Of a stretch of DNA of 64,000 nt, positions 12,201 through 23,800 are shown piece after piece (positions within the stretch are counted from its first letter, which is position 1; every line of letters starts with the position of its first letter). The stretch is taken from assembly GCA_950097015.1 (NCBI GenBank), contig CATNEN010000006.1, forward strand, positions 62,001-126,000. Reading direction: 5' to 3'. Below the pieces are notes generated by a model. It saw nothing but the letters and a program-made list of their open reading frames with translations. It was not told the origin of the DNA and did not search any database. The position numbers were made by a program, and so were the translations under genes. Origin of the DNA: Macrostomum hystrix (taxonomy: Eukaryota > Animalia > Platyhelminthes).

Positions 12201-15200
12201 AGCTAGGGAAATCGGGTAATAGGGAAAATGGCAGCTAGAGAAATCGGGTGATAGGGAAAATAGGGAAATGGCAGCTAGAGAAATCGGGTGATAGGGAAAA
12301 TGGCAGCTAGGGAAATCGGGGTGATAGGGAAAATGGCAGCTAGGGAAATCGGGTAATAGGGAAAATGGCAGCTAGAGAAATCGGGTGATAGGGAAAATGG
12401 CAGCTAGGGAAATGGCAGCTAGGGAAATCGGGTGATAGGGAAAATGGCAGCTAGGGAAATGGCAGCTAGAGAAATCGGGTGATAGGGAAAATGGCAGCTA
12501 GGGAAATGGCAGCTAGAGAAATCGGGTGATAGGGAAAATGGCAGCTAGGGAAATCGGGTGATATGGAAAATGGCAGCTAGGGAAATGGCAGCTAGAGAAA
12601 TCGGGTGATAGGGAAAATGGCAGCTAGGGAAATGGCAGCTAGAGAAATCGGGTGATAGGGAAAATGGCAGCTAGGGAAATCGGGTGATATGGAAAATGGC
12701 AGCTAGGGAAATGGCAGCTAGAGAAATCGGGTGATAGGGAAAATGGCAGCTAGAGAAATCGGGTAATAGGGAAAATGGCAGCTAGAGAAATCGGGTGATA
12801 GGGAAAATGGCAGCTAGGGAAATGGCAGCTAGAGAAATCGGGTGATAGGGAAAATGGCAGCTAGGGAAATCGGGTGATATGGAAAATGGCAGCTAGGGAA
12901 ATGGCAGCTAGAGAAATCAGGTGATAGGGAAAATGGCAGCTAGAGAAATCGGGTAATAGGGAAAATGGCAGCTAGAGAAATCGGGTGATAGGGAAAATAG
13001 GGAAATGGCAGCTAGAGAAATCGGGTGATAGGGAAAATGGCAGCTAGGGAAATCGGGTGATAGGGAAAATGGCAGCTAGGGAAATGGCAGCTAGAGAAAT
13101 CGGGTGATAGGGAAAATGGCAGCTAGGGAAATCGGGTGATAGGGAAAATGGCAGCTAGGGAAATCGGGTGATAGGGAAAATGGCAGCTAGGGAAAAAATC
13201 GGGTGATATGGAAAATGGCAGCTAGGGAAATCGGGTGATAGGGAAAATGGCAGCTAGGGAAAAAATCGGGTGATATGGAAAATGGCAGCTAGGGAAATGG
13301 CAGCTAGAGAAATCGGGTGATAGGGAAAACGGCAACTCACTGATCCCCTCCGCCCTGGCAAAAGCCAAGATCGCAGCATGCTGAGCCGGTGTCAGGTGGG
13401 TCGGAATAACCTTGGATACCGACTGGTTGCTAAGCAATGCCTTGGAATGGATGAGGATTAAACGAAGTATGCTATCGAGCGGCAGCACGAACAGCAAACA
13501 CGAGCTGCTCTGACAATCAGTTTATGAGTTTTGCTCAATATTTTCCTACTCGAGTCTTCAACACTGGGTTGGATCAACTCACAAGCCACACAGAAAGCTC
13601 TAAACTTTGCGTGCAGGATATGTTACTCAGATATTTTGATCAGTAATTAAAAGCATTCTGCCATGCATTCGGTGCGGGTGAACGAACTTTAGTGAAAGAA
13701 AAAATCCCGCGTTTTTTTGTTTGTTTTCAAGTTCTGCTTGAAATTTCCATTCGCTAATAACTGACACAACTACTGCTGTATGATATTTATTTATAATATA
13801 TCAATATGTATTAATAGTAATAATTTTCACCCGCACCAATCAGGCCAGATGTGCAGCCGACAGCACAGCCACAGCTATTGCGCGGCGCATCTGAAGACTG
13901 CATACTACTACTACTGCTACTACTACTGCTACTACTACTGCTACTACTGCAAGGCAGCGGCATACCAGGCAGCAGGCGCCACTGCCTTTAGCCGCAGTCT
14001 CAGTCAGGTCGGTTTCCAATGCGGCAAAGCTCGGCAGATCCAGGTACGGATGCCGTGCGTAATTGAGGAACGGATCTAATAGCAGAAATTCCAGGCCGCA
14101 TTCGCTGGCAAATGTTTGAATTTCTGGCAGCACCAGCTCCCAAATTAGCTGGCGCTCGTGGCAGAAATCTGAAATATTTTTGTGATCAACAACATGCAGC
14201 GTGAGTGAGTGAGTGAGTGAGTGTGTATATATATATATTAGAATTATAATTGCAGGAGGGCTGCGGCAGTGGCACATCATTTGGTGACACTAGACCCGCA
14301 GCCAGCGAGGAGGCAATTCTGCCCATTTCGCTGACTCCTGAGCACACACGCACACAGATACTGTACGCAGGCACACGCTCACACAGGTACATCTGCCCTG
14401 ACTTTCTCATCGTCAGGCAGTGTACATATTTCATTGTGCCTTGAATTTTGGCCCTCAAGGGCATAAATTGCACGACAAGCCTCCAAGCCTTCTCTCCGCG
14501 GCTGCGCCCCAAATAAATGTGGCATCGCCGTGGAATCGAACTTTGGAACCTTGGTGCGAGAGGCAAACGCGTTAACCGCTCTGCCACCGACCCCCGTGGG
14601 TGTGTGTGAGTGTTCCAGTGTTTCCTGTTCCTCCAAAATTGCAGCAGCAACTCAACCGGAGAGAGAAAAATTCAGTCTCCGCCTGAGGCGTGAAAAGGGA
14701 GCAGCCCAACCTCCCTCATGGGAGAAACATCCGCAATATCGAATTCTGACGGCCTGTTGCTCCATGGAGGCCGGGAATGGGATTTATGAATCTCGGCATT
14801 AATTAGGAGCCGAGATTCTATTTCAACACGCTGAAGGGAGAAACGCTGGAGGAATTAAAATTAGTCCCGGCTTAGCGTAGCACTTAATATTCTCGCTTGA
14901 GCTGGGATGAATTTATTACAACATTAATTTCAAGGAAGGCCTCGTTTCAACATTCAGATTAGTCTCTAATTCCACAGTGCCTGCAAGACCCTCAGGGTCT
15001 GGTCCATGTGGGATTTGTGGCGTCCCAATGCTTCACCTACTGACGCGCCTTTCGATGCTTTTCTACCAGCTCTTCATTTTCCGATGATCTCCCTGAGTTC
15101 TCACTGACATGCCCCTTAGATCTCCCTGACGTCTCCATGACGTTTCTCGGACGTCTTCCTGAGGTCTTCCTGAGGTCTCCCTGATGTCTCCCTGAGGTCT

Positions 15201-15354
15201 CCCTTATGTCTCCCACGTGAATTCTCACCAGCTGATATCCCCCACCTGGTGTCACCCACTCACCAGCCCCGTTGGACAGCAGGAAGAGCTTAAGCTGTGG
15301 CCGGGGCTTCTCTCTCCAGCCGGCGTCCGGTCGAGTTCCCAGGTTGGCGCTCAT
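286..15354 (-). CDS. NACHT- and WD40-repeat protein (NWD1/NWD2-like), multi-exon, 3' end continues beyond the left edge of the window
   Basis: Exons with GT-AG ends and consistent phases: 15264-15354, 13966-14168, 13341-13509, 11857-11947, 11675-11790, 9746-9904, 8311-9672, 5625-5912, 3678-3911, 2751-3005, 1584-1707, 286-862. The N-terminus LFLLSNGA|DFCHERQLIWELVLPEIQTFASECGLEFLLLDP resembles the NWD/TEP1-type N-terminal domain. Walker A GPPGSGKT and Walker B CLVLVDDLD lie in exon 8311-9672, followed by QPLVF..YNYRRL and WD40 repeats (HTGRVRAATL..SGADDFKVKVW). Upstream coding exons cannot be excluded. Confidence 0.85.
960..1518. repeat. 17-bp minisatellite (TGTGGATGGTGTGCTCC and variants), intronic
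   Basis: Direct tandem repetition. The 17-aa periodicity of the ORFs equals 3 units. Lies in NWD intron 863-1583. Confidence 0.95.
2212..2757. repeat. 63-bp minisatellite, about 9 copies, overlapping a splice donor
   Basis: Unit CCAGAGTCCTCACGATAGAGAGTGCAACATCACCAACAAACATCCCCCACAATGCTTTCTACA. The last unit runs into the exon ending at 2751. Confidence 0.95.
3095..3362 (+). mobile_element. SINE family 1, 5'-truncated or degenerate copy
   Basis: Contains the family body (GGCTTGGGGCTTGTCGTGTAATTTACGCCC...ATGAGAAAGTCAG...CAGCGGAATGGGCAGAATTGCCTCCTCGCTGG) and an ATT-type tail. Start is approximate. Confidence 0.8.
3999..4950 (+). mobile_element. SINE family 1, full-length copy interrupted by a second SINE
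   Basis: Head GGGGGTGAGTGGCAGTGACGCGTTTGCCTCTCGC at 3999. The body breaks at 4286 and resumes at 4886 (ACCAAATGATGTGCC...GCCCTCCTGCGGTTATTATT). Confidence 0.85.
4287..4872 (-). mobile_element. tRNA-derived SINE family 2 (586 bp), nested, with 13-bp TSD
   Basis: TSD CGGGTCTAGTGTC at 4274-4286 and 4873-4885. Minus-strand head GGGGCGAGTGGGTCAGCGG...GTTCGATTCT (A/B-box-like). The 3' end is GCCCCCTGCA followed by a (TAGA)n tail. Confidence 0.8.
6095..6316. repeat. 20-bp minisatellite (TGATTGATCTGGGAGTTAGT)
   Basis: About 11 tandem units in NWD intron 5913-8310. Confidence 0.95.
9922..10185. repeat. Degenerate ~28-bp minisatellite (TTTCTTAGAAAAACATCAGGAGTGGTGA)
   Basis: About 9 diverged tandem units next to the acceptor at 9905. 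Confidence 0.85.
10550..11460. repeat. 19-bp minisatellite (GATGAGAAACTTCCCAAAT)
   Basis: Tandem units. The 19-aa ORF periodicity equals 3 units. Confidence 0.95.
11984..13336. repeat. Compound 15/16-bp minisatellite (AGGGAAAATGGCAGCT + AGGGAAATCGGGTGAT)
   Basis: Fills nearly all of NWD intron 11948-13340. Confidence 0.95.
14237..14595 (-). mobile_element. SINE family 1, full-length copy
   Basis: Minus strand: GGGGGTCGGTGGCAGAGCGG (A box)...GTTCGATTCC (B box)...GCCCTCCTGCAATTATAATT tail. Confidence 0.9.
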
Positions 15355-15784
15355 GCCGTTGGTAGACAATCAACCTGAGGCGAGTGTCTGACTGTGAATT
15401 GTCTTAGAAGCAGACTAGGGGTAGCGCCAGACTACACACAGCTCGCTACTGCTACTGCACTGGGATAGAAGGAAGTTAGAGTCAGCGAGTGTGCAGCGCT
15501 TCTCATCCCTTAGAGCCGCGGGCGCCCCACCCATTTCTCATCCCATACAAGCGCGTCCGCCCCAGCCTCGCCTCATCTAGGACCTGGCGATCTTTCTTTT
15601 CTCCAAAAAGTCGAAGCCGTTAAGACTCGTGCGCAGATTTCTGCAGGCGTGCAGCCAATCCGAAGACGGGAACAGAGGTGAAGGGCCTCAGTTGACGGGG
15701 AGGTTTGGGGGGAGATGAGTGGGGAAAATCGGCCAGCAAGCTTTTGCCGGGATTAATAAATAAACATTTTCATCCACCTCTCTG

Positions 15785-16453
<669 letters not shown>

Positions 16454-17812
16454 CTGTCAAGATGCGACTATAATGTTTGTATAACAAAGCTAAAATCCTC
16501 AAAAGTTTCAACGAGGGTGAATAAAGCAGATTAATTGGATATAGAAACCTTTGGCTGATATATTGACTCTTAATTAGACTGAAGCAGTCAAGATGCCCTT
16601 GTCGAGTCATATTGAACAAACGGGGTTTTGCATGCTCCGAGGAAAGATTGATTGTTATTGGCTTAGCCCTCAAGTAAAAAACCATAAATCTCACCTATGG
16701 GCTTGGTTATTCCACCTAAAATGGATGCAAGCGAAGCCATCTTAATGCATATTATCAGCTGTACAGTTGCTGCTGTTGCTCGAGTAGAGCTCACTATCAG
16801 GAAAAATATTTGCTTCACAAGTGAAATATTCTTCAATCGCAATTAAAACGATAATTAGACAGCAAGTCGTTTTACTGTAAAATGTTTTTGCTTAAATAAA
16901 TAATCTTTTGATCTTCGTTGAGGCACAACTCAATGTTTTAAATCAAATCGCCTCTTTAAGGACTAACTTAACACTACTTTGTGCTTATTGTGTGACCTTG
17001 CTCTTCGATCACTTGTAGGCAACAAAAACATCGGCGAGGAATTAAGCTTAGTTATCGAGAAAAACATTTTTCTTCAGATTTTTGTCCAATTCTCCTACCG
17101 TTTGCTTCTTTGAAGTTGTATGATGAACATTTTTCGAGGATCCTAGAAGCAGTTATTAAAGTAAAAAATTACAGGCAGAAATGTAAATTATAAAATGTTT
17201 TTATCTCTTGATAATGGGATAAGAACTAGTTGGCAAGGCAAGCACCGTGCCTGGGTTACTTTCCCGACTTCTACTTTTACTTTTCTCATTCGGTCCACTG
17301 TACATGCACTAACAATCAGGGAGCAATTACATATCCCGATTATGTCCAAAACTAATTCGTAAACAAAATTCGTGAGATAAACGAAAAAGAAAAAAGTCAA
17401 TTTTAGGCACGGAGTGTAATTTTTAGAATTTACTATTATATCGTGTTATTTAATAATAAAGTGTAATAATTTTATGAGTACATGTTATTAAAATACACAG
17501 CCAAGCAGCCATGCCTACAGCCTAACGTTGCCCTCAAAAGTTGTTTAGCGTACCCTTTTTACAGTATAATCAAATGTTTTTTCTAAAAATATATATGTTT
17601 TTATGCTAACGAAAAGCGTTGTCTCAGCCTAAGTTTTTATATAAGGGTTGTGTTTTGTTATGAATGAACTCGCTTCAATAGAAACTCACTCTTTTGGTTT
17701 TTAATTCTTGATTATTTTTATCGAGTTTTCTTTAGATGTGAGAAGTTGAAGACGGACTGAAAACGATCTATAATAACTTTATATAATATTTGAACATATA
17801 AAGCTGAAGAAA

Positions 17813-20800
17813 ATGTCACTGACAAGTCATCAAATTGCTTCAATTACCCAGTCATCAATTAAAGGCCCAGCAACATTCAAGTCTTCACAAAGTTGTCATG
17901 CAAGAAAACGTGATCCTCAATCAAAGAATCAAGCGGAAAATCTTTCACCGTACAAAGTACATGATACAGTCCATTCGATACTAGAAAAATCTGGCGGTGA
18001 TTTAGAAAAGGTTGGATATTGCTTTCAGTGTTATTATTATTCTTTGTTTATTTTCATTTAGATGTGTCCCAATATATCGTCGGCGCGGATTTGCTGTTGT
18101 GTGGCTTGTGGATGCTTTTTTATAGTTATACTCGTAGTTTACTAATTTATATAGTTTTTAAAGTAAATAGTTTGCAATTTAGCTGTCGGGGCTTAATATT
18201 TCACAAACTAAAATCGATATAAAGTTAAGTTATTTTACAATGATGTACAGACTCTGTCTCATCATACGAATGGGGTCAAAGTTTATTTTTAATTAAATTT
18301 CGGCAAGCTAATAGTTTTCCCTATTTTGCATCATCTGAGTAATATTTGTTCATTTTAATATATACGGTAACTGAAGCTTTGTACTTGATTTTAATCGTCG
18401 CAATTAAATTTTGAATAAGACTTTTTTCGCAAAAATACACAATACATTATAAACACTATGTTTTGCTATCACCAAAAATAATATCTTATGTATGCATATA
18501 TACATATTGGTTCTGTATTGCATATGTTTTTATCTACCTTATACAATTATACTATATATACAACATATGTAATCAAAAGTCAAAACTTATTTATTTATAT
18601 AAATATAATAAAACGTTTTATACAATTCAGTATATATATATATATATGTAAATGTCATACTTACATAATATTGTAGGTATTGCATTAGTTATTATTTAAG
18701 TGTTTCTTAAATGTACCCTTATCCAACGGAAAATACCGTGTGGTCTTTTAAAGGTAATTGATTGAAAAATAGTTTCACTACATTTCCCGGATTACGAGCC
18801 CGTAAGCAAAGGATTCAAATTTATAATAATAAATAGCCAAAACCCGGAATTATTAATAACCTGTACAAAATTACTCATCAAAAAGCAACAATGATCTCAT
18901 TGCTAACCCAAAAAGGCCTCCCAGCTGCTGGACGAGCGCCTCAAAGCCGCCAACCGAATGATTCGCGAGCTCTCCGAGTCCGGCGACTCGCTCAGTCACG
19001 AAGAATTTCGTCAGCGAATGCGCCTGCTCAAGTCGCAGCATCGCAACACCGTGGAAATGACTGAGGACCTGCGCACCGCGGCTGCTGCAGCCGCTGGCAG
19101 CAACGGTCGCTCCGTTGCCTTTCAGGAAGCCAGAAAACCGCCGCTGCCACCGTCAGCTGCTCATGGCCTGCCTGGCAGGCGTGTTGGCGGTCAGCCATCG
19201 GGCGATGTCGAATCGGATCAGGTTGGTTCAATAATTTCTGACCCCAATGAATGTCACTGACTCGGAATCTTAGAAGTACAAGAATAAATTCTGCAGGCTA
19301 CGGTGGAGACACGTTACGCTGATCAGCAGATGCAGCAGCAGCAGCAGGAACAGCTGCGCAGTCGTGTGAAAGCGCTTTGGTCAGACTTTGACGTGCACAG
19401 CTCCCGTCAGCGACCTCGCCGTTCCGCCTCGCTGGACCGCCACATCGGAATCGGGCGCCCTGGCTCCGCGGCTTCAGCGCCTGGCGAACGACGCCGCCAA
19501 CCTGTCGCTCGACGCCGCGGTGGCAGTCAGAGCGGCGGCGACGGAGAAGAAGGCGAGATTGGTTATCTCGACGATGGCGACTACTTCGACTATGATGACG
19601 ATGGCCTCTCGTCGTCAACGTCCTGGCGTCATCGCGTCACTGTGCCGCGACCGTTTAGCATGACCTTGCGCGAAGAGGCTGCCGCGGCAGCCGGCAGTGC
19701 GGACGGCCGGCAGCAGCTGTCGGGGCTGCGTAAGTCGCGCTCGATGCGCATCCTGGCAGCTGATGTGCAGCGTCAGCGCGAAGCGGTGGAGGCGGAGTGC
19801 CGCATTCGGCCACGGGCCGCCCCAGTTCCGGCGCATGTTTATCAGCCGCTGCTGCGCGAGCTCGAGCAGCAGCGAGAGGCTCGTCGTCGCGAGGTGCGCC
19901 AGCATAGCGCCGAAATCCTGCGCGCCACGGAGCGGCCGTTCTGCTTTACAAAACGCGAGGCGGAGCGCAAACGGCAGGGCCGCGACCGGCCGACCGAGGC
20001 CGACAAGAAGCGCGGCTATCACCGGAGCGGCGCCGGCGATCGGGAGGCCACGGTGATTCGCGCCAAGCCAGCGCCGGCCAGCTGCTCCGCCGAGCGAGCC
20101 AGGCAGCTCCGCCTGGAGGCCGAGCAGCGGCGCGAGAGGGCGCGCGCCAGATCCGAGGCTAACCTGCGCCGCTCTGCAATGCCCGGCGACATGGCCGAAC
20201 GTCAGCGCATCATGGACGCCAAGCGCAGTGCCCGCCTGGCCGCCAGCGCGTCCACCGCGGCCGGCGGTAAGCAGGTTGTCGGACGCGACGCGCCTGACTT
20301 CGACCGTCTGCACCGGCAGTTCCAGCTGGGCATGCTGGAGCGCCAGGCTGAGGTTCGAGTGACCCGGCCGGAGCCGTTTCGGCTGCTCACTGAGCAGAGG
20401 GCGAAGGTGGCTCAGGTGAGTTTGAGTCCGATTCTCAGCTTCTGTGCGAATTCAGATGTGCCAGAAAAATGTGGGGTGTCTGTAGATCCTTTTCTTTTGA
20501 GACTTTCGATTTTAACAGCAGAAATATCACAGGAATAATAACAATGATAATTGCAGGAGGGCAGTGGCACATCATTTGGTGACACTAGACCCACAGCCAG
20601 CGAGGAGGCAATTCTGTCCATTCCGCTGACTCCTGAGCACATACTGTACGTAGGCACACGCTCACACAGGTGTGTACATCTGCCCTGACTTTCTCATAGT
20701 CAGGCAGTGTACACTCTCACTGTGCATTGGAGGTTGGCCCTCAAGGGCATAAATTGCACGACAAGCCTCCAAGCCTTCTCTCCGCGGCTGCGCCCCAAAT

Positions 20801-23800
20801 GAATGTGGCCTCGACGCGAAGTCCAGCTCAGGGACCTTGGTGCGAGAGGCAAACGCGTTAACCGCTCTACACTCACCCTCTTTTGATGTTTAACAGTATA
20901 AACGGCTATTTAAACCCCAGTTCATCGTAAGAAACTCAGTTCGGGTTGGATCGTGAAGTTGGCAGTGGGTATTTGAAAAACCTCTGTGGTCTCTTCCCAG
21001 GTGGAAAATAGCGTGGCATTCCTACTGTTAAGGATTTCGGATCCTGTCTGTAGGTCTGTAGATAAGTTGGATTGTCTGCACTCTTGCAGGTGCACACTGA
21101 AAAGTGTCTCGCTAGCGACCAAGATCCAAAGGCCAATAGGACATTGTACGACTTCTCACTGCGCTATCCGACTGACCCGGCGGATGAGACGGAGGCTGCG
21201 GATGCGGCGGCAGCTGCCGCGGCTGAGAGAGAGCGGCGACGCAGGGTAGAGCAGAAACGGTGAGGCTACAGTACGATTCAACATGAGTACTTACGGAGAA
21301 TGTATGCCACAATCCTACTGTCAGTTGTATACAAGTACATTACATTATCCTACTGCCAGTAGTGCAGAACTTACTATCCTACTGTCAGTAGTGCAGAACT
21401 TACTATTCTACTGTCAGTAGTGCAGAACTTACTATTCTGCTGTCAGTAGTGCAGAACTTACTATTCTACTGTCAGTAGTGCAGAACTTACTATTCTACTG
21501 TCAGTAGTGCAGAACTTACTATTCTACTGTCAGTAGTGCAGAACTTACTATTCTACTGTCAGTAGTGCAGAACTTACTATTCTACTGTCAGTAGTGCAGA
21601 ACTTACTATTCTACTGTCAGTAGTGCAGAACTTACTATTCTACTGTCAGTAGTGCAGAACTTACTATTCTACTGTCAGTAGTGCAGAACTTACTGTCCTA
21701 CTGTCAGTAGTGCAGAACTTACTAATCTACTGTCAGTAGTGCAGAACTTACTATTCTACTGTCAGTAGTGCAGAACTTACTATTCTACTGTCAGTAGTGC
21801 AGAACTTACTATTCTACTGTCAGTAGTGCAGAACTTACTATCCTACTGTCAGTAGTGCAGAACTTACTATTCTACTGTCAGTAGTGCAGAACTTACTATC
21901 CTACTGTCAGTAGTGCAGAACTTACTATTCTACTGTCAGTAGTGCAGAACTTACTATCCTACTGTGAGTAAATTGCAGTTTCTTTATCATGGCAAACCAT
22001 TGCAGCACCAGTCCAGAGGACGAGTACAATGAGAAGCTACGCGAGCTAGACCGCAAGATGAAGGAGAGAGATCAGCTGATTGCTGAGCAGGCAGGGGTGA
22101 GTAAAAAGTAACTTGTATATTGACTTTAAGCCTTTTGTAGTAAAAGAGATATCCCTTTTCTAAAAGAAAGAAAATACATTTGTACATTCTGTAAAAGAAA
22201 GGAAACAACTTATTTAGTTAAAACAAAATTCCTTAGGAGAACGGAAATCCCTTATTTAGGAGAACGGAAATCCCTTATTTAGGAGAACGGAAATCCCTTA
22301 TTTAGGAGAACGGAAATCCCTTATTTAGGAGTAAGGAAATCTCTTTTTTAGTAGAACAGAAATCCTTCATCTAGTAGAAATTAAATCCCTTACTTAGGAG
22401 AAAGGAAATCCGTTTTCTCAGAAAAACACAAATCGCCTCTTCAAGTAGAACTCAATGCGCAAATCCTGTTTCGCCTGCGCAGCTGATCGCCCAGCAGAAC
22501 GCATGTGCCCGCTACCGGCAGAGTCTGCTGCAGGCAGGTGTCGACCCGGCTCGAGTCGCGGCTCTGGTTGGAGCTTATCGGGAGCGCGAACTCGCGACCT
22601 TCGGCGGTGACGACGCTGGCAGCGACTATTTTAACGATGGCTTCTCCTCAAGTGAGTGCAATATTTAGCTATAAACTAGCAAGTTTTGCCCCCCTTCGGG
22701 GAGCAGAAATACTTTTAATTCGTCTAGTATATACTTTTTAGCAGCTGAATTTACAGCTTTTTAAAGCTACTATGAACCCCCAGTTGACAATGATCCCCCA
22801 GTTGACAATGATCCCCCAGTTGACAATGAACCCCCAGTTGACAATGAACCCCCAGTTGACAACGATCCCCCAGTTGACAATGATCCCCCATTTGACAATG
22901 ATCCCCCAGTTGACAATGATCCCACAGTTGACAATGATCCCCCAGTTGACAAAGATCCCCCAGTTCACAATGATCCCCCAGTTGATGATGATCCCCCAGT
23001 TGATGATGATCCCCCATTTGAGAATGATCCCCCAGTTGACAATCATCCCCCAGTTGAGAATGATCCCCCAGTTGACAATGATCCCCCAGTTAACAAAGAT
23101 CCCCCAGTTCACAATGATCCCCCCAGTTGATGAAGTCTCCCCATTGATGATGATCCCCAGTTAACAATGTTCCTCCAGGTGACAATGTTCCCCCAGTTGA
23201 CAATGATCCCCCAGTTGATGATGATCCCCCAGTTGACAATGATCCCCCAGTTGACAATGATCCCCCAGTTGACAATGAACCCCCAGTTGACAATGATCCC
23301 CCAGTTGACAATGATCCCCCAGTTGACAATGATCCCCCAGTTGACAATGATCCCCCAGTTGACAATGATCCCCCAGTTGACAATGATCCCCCAGTTTACC
23401 ATGATCCCCCAGTTCACCATGATCCCCATTTTGATGATGACTCCCCAGTTGACGTTGATTTTTCAAACGCTGGGTTAGCCAAGATTCAAACTCAGGTTTC
23501 GCCATGTTTTAAACCCTGGTGGGCTATGATTCAAACTCTCGTTTTGCCATGATTCAAACTCTGGTTGGCTATGATTCAAACTCTGGTTTAGCCATGATTC
23601 AAACTCTGGTTTAGCCATGATTCAAACGCTGGTTTAGCCATGATTCAAACTCTATTTTAGCCATGATTCAGACTCTGGTTTAGCCATGATTCGGACTCTG
23701 GTTTAGCCATGATTCAGACTCTGGTTTAGCCATGATTAAGACTCTGGTTTAGCCATGATTCAGACTCCAGTTTTGCCATGATTCGGACGCTGGTTTAGCC

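Noticed and set aside
14379-14450. Hammerhead-like CTGACGA...GAAA in the SINE1 body (minus strand)
   Set aside because: No stem II or stem III can form, and CTGACGA is not conserved in other copies (CTGACTA, ATGACTA, CTCACGA). A simple hairpin explains it.
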